A stretch of 49,049 bases of DNA from Dehalococcoidales bacterium (lineage in GTDB: Bacteria > Chloroflexota > Dehalococcoidia > Dehalococcoidales > DAOWJC01): NCBI GenBank assembly GCA_034411815.1, contig DAOUMH010000006.1:1-49049 (forward strand). The letters run 5' to 3'. The translations under genes were made by a program, and so were the position numbers. Positions 7,732 to 14,983 of this stretch are shown one piece after another. The notes below the pieces were generated by a model, which saw nothing but the letters and a program-made list of their open reading frames with translations, had not been told where the DNA came from and ran no database searches. Numbering within the stretch: the first letter of the stretch is position 1; each line of letters opens with the position of its first letter.

Positions 7732-9097
7732 CTGTGGCTCCTTCCATTTCCAACTTCAGTCCTGTCTCAGCAAGCAGACTGTCCATGTCCCCGATAACCG
7801 GGGTTTCTACCCTAACTTTTCCTCGGATGGTCTGGGGATTGGGATTGCGATAGCGGTAGACATTGCCTTCGTAGTTCCTAAGCAGTAGCTCATCCTCCGT
7901 CTGAGATAGAACGTAGTTTGGCTGCAGCGGCACCTTGCCACCGCCATGAATCAGGTCTATTACAAAGGTGGGTACAGCCAGCCCTGACGTATGTCCACGC
8001 ATCCCTTCGATTATTTTCATGCCGGTCTCCACCGGCGTACGCAGGTGCTCAGTCCCCTGCACCTCATCACACTGGAATAGATAATAAGGACGCACCTTTA
8101 TCCTGAGCAGATCTTGGCAAAGTTTCAGCATTGCCCCAACAGTATCATTAATACCACGCAACAGAACTGTTTGGTTGTTTACGGGAATGCCGCTACGCAA
8201 CAATCGGTCGCACGCCCCAGCTGATTCCGGAGTTATCTCACGATGGTGATTAAAATGGGTGTTGAGCCATATGGGTCCATATTTCGATAACATATCACAT
8301 AGCTCATTATCAATACGCTGCGGCAGTACTACAGGAAACCTGGTGCCGATACGTATAATTTCAATATGTCTTATGGCTCTTATCCTAGAAAGAATATTGC
8401 CCAAGCGGCGGGTGGAGAGTGTCAGTGGGTCACCACCAGATATAATGACATCTCTAACAACTTCATTCCGGCGTAAATACTCCAGCATAGCTTCTATCTC
8501 ACTGTCAGTGCGCACCCAGCCTCCATGTCTCCATTCTCGCTTGCGGGTACAGTGGCGGCAAAGCATCGGACATATGTTGGTAAGCACCATCAGGACCCTA
8601 TCAGGGTAGCGATGAACCAGACCGGGAACCACGGAGTCCCTTTCCTCCGCCAGCGGGTCCTCTAGCCCCATTGACCCCATGGTAACTTCCAGAACAGAAG
8701 GAACAGCCTGTTTCCTTATCGGGTCATCAGGATCATCAGGGTTAATAAGCGAAAGATAATAGGGGGTTACCGATAAGGGATAGCGACTTGTAACTAGGCT
8801 AAGCTGTGACTGCTCCTCGCTTGATAAAGGAATAAATTCTCTTAGTCGGTTGACAGTTGTTATTCTATGGCGAAAGTGCCACTTCCAATCATTCCATATG
8901 CTGTCTGGAATACATCCTAAACATCTATGTCTACTATAAGCAGCAGATTTACCAGGGGGATCTTCCTCAAGCTTTACAATAACGCTAGACCCACCAGGAG
9001 GTTCCTCTCTGTCTTCCCTTCTAACCTGGCTTGCAGAGGAGCACTCCTCCAGTACGCTTACAGGTTTACTATTAGTAGCCACCGATGTTGTTTTCAC
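7703..9097 (-). CDS. KamA-family radical SAM/PLP amino acid 2,3-aminomutase (lysine 2,3-aminomutase-like)
   Basis: Contains CPMLCRHCTRKR (CxxxCxxC), the GGDPL motif, the FQCDEVQGTEH motif, and the PLP lysine in HGGGK. Starts with GTG at 9097. There is an N-terminal low-complexity extension of about 65 aa. Confidence 0.88.
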   Translation of the reverse strand: MKTTSVATNSKPVSVLEECSSASQVRREDREEPPGGSSVIVKLEEDPPGKSAAYSRHRCLGCIPDSIWNDWKWHFRHRITTVNRLREFIPLSSEEQSQLSLVTSRYPLSVTPYYLSLINPDDPDDPIRKQAVPSVLEVTMGSMGLEDPLAEERDSVVPGLVHRYPDRVLMVLTNICPMLCRHCTRKREWRHGGWVRTDSEIEAMLEYLRRNEVVRDVIISGGDPLTLSTRRLGNILSRIRAIRHIEIIRIGTRFPVVLPQRIDNELCDMLSKYGPIWLNTHFNHHREITPESAGACDRLLRSGIPVNNQTVLLRGINDTVGAMLKLCQDLLRIKVRPYYLFQCDEVQGTEHLRTPVETGMKIIEGMRGHTSGLAVPTFVIDLIHGGGKVPLQPNYVLSQTEDELLLRNYEGNVYRYRNPNPQTIRGKVRVETPVIGDMDSLLAETGLKLEMEGATDADRVIVRS

Positions 9098-9212
9098 CTT
9101 ATTACTTTTCCCGCTCCTTCCTTATAATTAAATAATTAATATTAAGCTACGTTACGTTAAAACATTCTAAGCTTGTACTTGTAATAACCAATTATTCCTG
9201 TTATAATATCAC

Positions 9213-9226
9213 GGAATTATAATTCC
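9213..9226. promoter_or_regulatory. Perfect 14-bp palindrome GGAATTATAATTCC in the kamA / wHTH divergent intergenic region; candidate operator
   Basis: Read directly from the sequence. It lies just downstream of an extended -10 element, TGtTATAAT (9199-9207), that faces the wHTH gene. Confidence 0.4.
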
Positions 9227-9321
9227 TAAATGCACATTATATATCACATACCCCAACTGTCAATAGGTCTTAAACAAAAAATAAAATATTTTTGAGGAAA
9301 ATTTCATAAGGAGTTATCAGT

Positions 9322-9621
9322 ATGGGAGGCTGGAAATTTCTGACCAATCATGCCCTAGTTTTATGTTTAATCGCCCAGCAGCCACGAATTACTGCCCGAG
9401 ATATTTCTTTAACGATAGGTATCACGGAAAAGGCAACGCGTAATATTATCAATGCTCTTGAAGATGATGGCTACGTCACCAAGAAAAAGGAGGGACGGCG
9501 CATCAGATACAGGGTTAATCCTGACTTGCCAATGCGTCATGAAATGCAACAGGATAAGGCTATAGGTGACCTTCTAGAGATTCTTGGTTGGAAGCCTAGA
9601 AAAAGGGGAAAGTCGACCTAA
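9322..9621 (+). CDS. Small winged-helix (MarR/ArsR-like) transcriptional regulator
   Basis: A 99-aa protein with an HTH-like segment ITARDISLTIGITEKATRNIINALEDDGYV followed by a wing (KKKEGRRIRYRV). RBS is AAGGAG. It is transcribed divergently from the kamA operon. Confidence 0.65.
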   Translation: MGGWKFLTNHALVLCLIAQQPRITARDISLTIGITEKATRNIINALEDDGYVTKKKEGRRIRYRVNPDLPMRHEMQQDKAIGDLLEILGWKPRKRGKST

Positions 9622-9755
9622 ACATTAGCTAATCCCTATTTCAATTATTGCAGGAAGCCCACTGATGCTGATAGTGCCTGCAAACATGTAGACATTCACA
9701 AATTGGCAAGAAAAGACTTGCAGAGTAAACTCGCTCTAAGCAACTTCTACTGGCA

Positions 9756-10394
9756 TCACCGTAGAAAATACATAGCTGGCTCGGTTCCTAGTTCTTCCAA
9801 CAGACGGAATGATGCTCTCGATCTTACCAGCTTTGAAACTTCACTGTCGGGATCGTTGAGATCCCCAAAGTGTCTGGCACGAGCCGGGCAACATTCTACA
9901 CACGCCGGTTCCAGCCCTTTATCCACCCTATGAAAACAAAGGGTGCACTTCTCAACCACACCCCGTTGGTGAGACTCTGCATCAGAGCTGCCGACAGGGA
10001 AAGGAGGTGCTTGCTGGGGGACGTCCTTACTAAAAACGCGCGCCCCATAGGGACAGGCCACCATACAGTATCTGCAACCGATACATTTATCCCAGTCTAT
10101 AAGCACCACCCCATCCTCGCGCTTATAGCTGGCACCGGTCGGACACACTTTCACACACGGGGGCTCTTCACAATGCTGACAACAATGCTGGCAAGATACA
10201 GGTATAAACTCCATTGAGAGGTGAGGATAGGTTCCCTTAGGCGTCTCCTTCCCCAAACCGCCATGGGTCAGCATTCTAAGCCAGCCCAGCCCCAAGGGTA
10301 CATTATTCTCCAATTTACAGGCAACAACGCAGGTGTTACAGCCTATGCACCTTTTCAGGTCTACTACGATTCCGTATCTCTTTGTATTTAACAT
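9756..10394 (-). CDS. 4Fe-4S ferredoxin-type electron-transfer subunit of a molybdopterin oxidoreductase (DmsB/PsrB/NrfC-like)
   Basis: Contains four Cys clusters (CIGCNTCVVAC, CQHCEEPPC, CIGCRYCMVAC, CTLC..). Its start codon abuts the stop of the catalytic subunit. Confidence 0.9.
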   Translation of the reverse strand: MLNTKRYGIVVDLKRCIGCNTCVVACKLENNVPLGLGWLRMLTHGGLGKETPKGTYPHLSMEFIPVSCQHCCQHCEEPPCVKVCPTGASYKREDGVVLIDWDKCIGCRYCMVACPYGARVFSKDVPQQAPPFPVGSSDAESHQRGVVEKCTLCFHRVDKGLEPACVECCPARARHFGDLNDPDSEVSKLVRSRASFRLLEELGTEPAMYFLR

Positions 10395-12623
10395 CTATAA
10401 TACCTTCCCTACCTGAACCCTTACATCATGGACGTTGAAGTTATCTAAAAGAGGATTCACCTTTCCATGGGTAAGCTCTTGATGATGACCATTCTTGTAG
10501 TGTCTTGGCCACCACCCCTGCTGAATATTGACCACGCCAGGTCTTAACGCCTCTGTAAGCTTCGCTTGCAGTACAAGCCTACCCCTGTCGTTAAAAACCT
10601 CCACTACATCACCTTCTTTAATATCCCTGGCTTGAGCATCAACCGGATTTATCTCGCATGTTGGCTCAGGATTGAGCTCCTGAATCCAAGGCATATTTGC
10701 AAACTGGGAATGGATTCGCCAACGACCATGCTGACTGTTCAGGATTAAGGGATAGGTTGCAGCCAGAGGATTATCCGGCCCGGCTTCCAAAGGCCACCTG
10801 TGGCGAGGTAACTCCCTACCAAACTGAGCCCATTTTTCAACGTAGAATTCCGCCCTGCCGGAAGACGTAGGGAACTTTTGGTAGGCTATATAGGGTTTGG
10901 GAAACAGTCGCGCCCCTCCAACCTCCTTCAGCCCTTCAAAAGTCACCCCTCGCTCCCTGTAGCGAGGGGCATCAAGAAACTGCTGAATTTGGTCTGCAGC
11001 AGTCCCCGCAAAGTATTGACCGAAACCTAAACGCTGGGCCAGCTCCTGCCAGATCTCAAAATCGGGCTTGCTCTCACCCATTGGCTCAATAACCTTACCT
11101 CTATAAAGAAGGTAAGGCATAGAGGCACTCATCACTACATCCTCCTCCTCAAACCAATGGGCAGCAGGAAGCACAATATCAGCATACTCCACAGTATTAG
11201 TCTGCATTAAGTCGGCTACCACAAACAACTCGATTTCAGGTAGCATCTGCTCTATCCACTTCCTACGGTTCGGTAATTGATTAAGCATATTGCTGCAAGT
11301 AACATATAGCGCCTTTAAATGATAAGGCTCTTTGCTGTCCGTGTCATATAGACGGGCTATACTGGTTTGTGTCGGCCGGTTACCGGTTGGGTACCGCCAA
11401 ACGGTATTCATTGGAACCGCACAGGAATACCCCTGCTGAATGGTTCCGGACTTACCCACATTCCCAGTGAGAGCAAGCAAGGTAGCCAGCGCTTGACCTA
11501 ATACAATACCTTCATAGTACCGATCAGGGCCGAATCCGGGCAGAATGCCCCCCGGCTTTATTGTAGCCAGATCAACAGCAAGCTTATGTATGGTCTCTGC
11601 AGGGATTTCGGTCAGTTGCTCGGCCGCCTGAAGGGGATACTCCCCTGCCACATCAGTGATAAGCTTGAAAGCAGTATCACACTCCATCCCCCCAACGCTA
11701 TGGGTACCAGTAAGCTCGGGGCAAACACCCGGCTCATCGTGGAAACGAGCACAATCAGTCACGGTATCCCATACTACATACCTCTCATCGGAGCTGTCCC
11801 CAGAAATATCCTTCCCACGGAGGAACATCTTGGTATCCCGCCTCACCAGAAATGGAGCAACAGTCTTATTGATTACAAACTCCTTATCAATCAGCTCCTC
11901 TTGAATAACCACATTAATCATCGCCAAGGCCAAGGCAATATCGCTGCAAGGTCTTAGGGGTACCCATGTGTCCGCCTTAGCGGCAATGGTAGTGAAGCGA
12001 GGATCAATTACGACTAGTTTCGCCCCTTTCTCCATCGCATCGAATATGAAGCGGATATCCTGAACCTTGGTCTCTCCAATACTTCCCCCCCATACAATGA
12101 TCATCCTCGCATTGACATAATCCAATGGCTCATTACCAACATTGGCCCAGAAATGTCTTCCACCAAAAACGGACAAATAACCTGAGGGGACAGCCATATC
12201 GAACGGCTGGAACACGCTAACGCTGCCAAACAGCCCGCTAAATTTGTCTGCGATGGGCACGCCGTTCAGGACCCCGTAGTTCCCACTACCAGCAAAGATG
12301 CCAACATGCTGGGAGCCGAATTTCTCCTTAATCTCCTGGAACCGCCCGGCTATGGTGTCCAACGCCTCATCCCAAGTGATACGCTGCCACTTCCCTTCAC
12401 CACGTTGTCCCGCTCTCTTCATCGGGTACTGCAATCTGAAAGGGGAATATACCGACTGTACATGAGTCAGCCCCTTCATACAAACTCTATTACTATACTC
12501 CGGGTCCGGCAGAGGTGCCGGTGCTACCTTAACCAACTTACCATCACGTACTGTCGCTAAGAGAGAGCATGTTTGGAAACAATTTGGCGAACACGCCGTT
12601 CTAACCACCTTCTCTTCAGCCAT
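10395..12623 (-). CDS. Molybdopterin (bis-MGD) oxidoreductase catalytic subunit, DMSO reductase superfamily, no Tat signal
   Basis: A 742-aa protein. The N-terminus MAEEKVVRTACSPNCFQTCS goes straight into the FS0-type Cys motif with no RR leader. Confidence 0.88.
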   Translation of the reverse strand: MAEEKVVRTACSPNCFQTCSLLATVRDGKLVKVAPAPLPDPEYSNRVCMKGLTHVQSVYSPFRLQYPMKRAGQRGEGKWQRITWDEALDTIAGRFQEIKEKFGSQHVGIFAGSGNYGVLNGVPIADKFSGLFGSVSVFQPFDMAVPSGYLSVFGGRHFWANVGNEPLDYVNARMIIVWGGSIGETKVQDIRFIFDAMEKGAKLVVIDPRFTTIAAKADTWVPLRPCSDIALALAMINVVIQEELIDKEFVINKTVAPFLVRRDTKMFLRGKDISGDSSDERYVVWDTVTDCARFHDEPGVCPELTGTHSVGGMECDTAFKLITDVAGEYPLQAAEQLTEIPAETIHKLAVDLATIKPGGILPGFGPDRYYEGIVLGQALATLLALTGNVGKSGTIQQGYSCAVPMNTVWRYPTGNRPTQTSIARLYDTDSKEPYHLKALYVTCSNMLNQLPNRRKWIEQMLPEIELFVVADLMQTNTVEYADIVLPAAHWFEEEDVVMSASMPYLLYRGKVIEPMGESKPDFEIWQELAQRLGFGQYFAGTAADQIQQFLDAPRYRERGVTFEGLKEVGGARLFPKPYIAYQKFPTSSGRAEFYVEKWAQFGRELPRHRWPLEAGPDNPLAATYPLILNSQHGRWRIHSQFANMPWIQELNPEPTCEINPVDAQARDIKEGDVVEVFNDRGRLVLQAKLTEALRPGVVNIQQGWWPRHYKNGHHQELTHGKVNPLLDNFNVHDVRVQVGKVL

Positions 12624-12681
12624 GTAATACTATCCCCCTCACTCGGAATCCTTCTTCGTCACTCAAAATTATCAAAGCACA

Positions 12682-13623
12682 CTATAAATAACTATCTACC
12701 AGCGACTCTCCCGGTAGCGGTTTTCGCAGTCCGGCAACTAAGAAGGTATAACGCAGGAAAAATGTCCCTACCAACACCAAAAAAGCTGAGACAAAAGACA
12801 TCACCTGGCCAAAGCTCGTAAGGGAAAAGATGAGTGGTAAGGCTAACCCAAACCCTATCAAGCCAAGCCAGAAGGCAAGACTGAGCTTACCCGCCACCAG
12901 CAGGCGGACTGACTCCGTCATCAACGGGACTGAACTATGCATAATCGCCAGATAGAAACCGATCATCACCAACTCAATCACCAGCAGGTATACCTCGATT
13001 TGTCTAATAAGCCCTGCCTGAGCAGGTCCTACATCAACCCCAAAAAGCCCTCCGATAAGAGTAGTCGCCGCAATACCTGCCGAAAGTGAGGAGATAACCC
13101 AAAGAATCGGTAGTAAAGGCGTGTTCCAAAATGGCCTAGCTTTTACCACACCCATGAGGAGCCCGGTATAAGCAGCCGTGGCAAAAGCGAAAATTACCCC
13201 CAGCACCCCCACCACATGACTAGCCATGGAAACCCCATACCAAGGGGAAAAACTCACGTTAAAAGAAATATAGGCTGCTCCCAGTAGTAAAAATAGTGTC
13301 AGGATTACAACACCAACAGATATCATTGAGGTTGTATTAGAGACCAATCGCCAGGCTCGCCAGGGAACCCCGAGGTCAGCTAGTAGCAAGAGCGACCCCA
13401 GCCCGACACTCAATAAACCAACCCAAGCCCCCACATTGGACAATTCGGCATATTGCCCTTTGCTAACAAGATTCAGAAAGACAGGCAATCCGAATGATCC
13501 GGCACCAATCCCACCCAAGAAAAGGTACAAAGCAATCTTAAGCCCCCAAGCCGGCTCTTTTTTCTCTAAGGCAGGTCTTACCCCGTTAAGGTCTGCTCTA
13601 TTCCTATGTCCTATATTTACCAT
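12682..13623 (-). CDS. NrfD/PsrC/DmsC-type polytopic membrane anchor subunit
   Basis: A 313-aa protein with about 8 TM segments. Its N-terminal motif WGLKIALYLFLGGIGAGS is typical of the NrfD family. Confidence 0.82.
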   Translation of the reverse strand: MVNIGHRNRADLNGVRPALEKKEPAWGLKIALYLFLGGIGAGSFGLPVFLNLVSKGQYAELSNVGAWVGLLSVGLGSLLLLADLGVPWRAWRLVSNTTSMISVGVVILTLFLLLGAAYISFNVSFSPWYGVSMASHVVGVLGVIFAFATAAYTGLLMGVVKARPFWNTPLLPILWVISSLSAGIAATTLIGGLFGVDVGPAQAGLIRQIEVYLLVIELVMIGFYLAIMHSSVPLMTESVRLLVAGKLSLAFWLGLIGFGLALPLIFSLTSFGQVMSFVSAFLVLVGTFFLRYTFLVAGLRKPLPGESLVDSYL

Positions 13624-13626
13624 GTC

Positions 13627-14124
13627 TCACAACCTAAGCAGAGAAACGGTTTCGGCTCCAGGCTCTGGAACCTCCTGTTCCACATACCTCAAAAATGCTC
13701 TTACCAGCTCACTGCGAACCACCACCAGATTATTCAGTGACGACTTCCAAGCCAAGGACACTGCTGGCATAAGCCCTCGGCCAAATAACTCTAAGTATCC
13801 CACTTCATCAATGACCACAAACTCACACGCCTTCCCCACCGCCCTTTCAATAGCATCAATGCCAAATGCTATACCCTCCCAGCTAATAACATAAGCACCA
13901 ACTCGCTCCCCATCAAGACAACCGTCACCCGCCAAGCGTGCAAAAGGCATTTCTTCACATGTTAGAAGATCAACTACATCATAACCTATCCGCCTGGTAT
14001 CCAAGCGCACCTCCGGTGAGAGGATGCCGCCAACACTACAACCACATTCTCTTAAATAACTAATATATTCACTACACCAAGTTGTCTTGCCCGAGCCTGG
14101 TCCCCCCGCAACCAGAACATTCAT
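13627..14124 (-). CDS. P-loop NTPase, THEP1/DUF2478-like
   Basis: Walker A is GGPGSGKTT. Walker B is FVVIDEVGYLELFG, which compares with the THEP1-type IIDEIGKMELF. 165 aa. Confidence 0.65.
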   Translation of the reverse strand: MNVLVAGGPGSGKTTWCSEYISYLRECGCSVGGILSPEVRLDTRRIGYDVVDLLTCEEMPFARLAGDGCLDGERVGAYVISWEGIAFGIDAIERAVGKACEFVVIDEVGYLELFGRGLMPAVSLAWKSSLNNLVVVRSELVRAFLRYVEQEVPEPGAETVSLLRL

Positions 14125-14838
14125 TCAGAAGCCCCCTGCATAAGTGACTCCCGCAATAGCCCAACATAAGACCACAACAGCCGCAGCACCTACATAATAG
14201 AGTTTAGGCTGTCTGTTCCTAAGCTCTGAAAACCTAGGCCGGAGCCGGCTACCCACCACGTACCCTGCGAGAACTAACAGCGTTCCTACTACAGCCACAC
14301 CTGTGCCATCAACTAAAGCTTGATAGACCCTTTCCTGAAACCCTATCCCAGCCCAATTCCCCATACCCGCTATAGACGCCACGATGGCGTAAAGTATTAT
14401 GCTTAGATATCCAGCCATAACTCCTGCCATAACACGAGCTCTGACACTATACCGGAAACTTCTAAACAGGGGGACAGCTATAAGGCCGAAAGCCACTGCC
14501 TCCAGCATAATCGCCGTAGCCGGGTTAACCACGAACTGAGAAAAAATAGAAGCCTTAAGGATAATGGCATCTAACAGTTTGAAAAGAGCCGCAACCAAGC
14601 CAACTCCCACCAATAGAGTTGCCCGCCCACCAACAGCCACAAATGTTGTCATTATTGACAAGCCAATGCCACCCATAATAGCTCCCTTATAAGGGAAATG
14701 GACGAAGTGCAGAAAGCCACCCAGAGTTGCTTCTAAAAAACCCCAAATCGAGCCAAAAATGACCACAAAAATGATCATATCAACCAGAGTATTTCCCTTT
14801 CTCTCCGACTCCCCGAACCTATAAAACATAAAGCACAA
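14125..14838 (-). CDS. Polytopic membrane protein of unknown function (about 6 TM)
   Basis: The protein is hydrophobic throughout. A more likely start is the internal Met at 14778 (MIIFVVIFGSIWGFLEATLGG). No family was recognised. Its stop abuts the start of the NTPase gene. Confidence 0.55.
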   Translation of the reverse strand: MCFMFYRFGESERKGNTLVDMIIFVVIFGSIWGFLEATLGGFLHFVHFPYKGAIMGGIGLSIMTTFVAVGGRATLLVGVGLVAALFKLLDAIILKASIFSQFVVNPATAIMLEAVAFGLIAVPLFRSFRYSVRARVMAGVMAGYLSIILYAIVASIAGMGNWAGIGFQERVYQALVDGTGVAVVGTLLVLAGYVVGSRLRPRFSELRNRQPKLYYVGAAAVVVLCWAIAGVTYAGGF

Positions 14839-14983
14839 ACCTCCTGCAGTTGTGTTTACTAATCAATAATTTAATTTACAGCACACCCCTTGACAGGCCC
14901 TCCCCTCACCAGAACCACAAGTTCAAATAAGCAACCCCGCTATCCTGAGCTAAATAGCCCCCCAGGTAATTATCTACCGAGCT

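Noticed and set aside
7703-9097. Reading the KamA-like gene as EpmB for EF-P beta-lysylation.
   Set aside because: There is no efp or epmA (LysRS-like) neighbour. The gene is instead fused into an operon with ATP-grasp ligases and an acetyltransferase. This remains an alternative that phylogeny could test.
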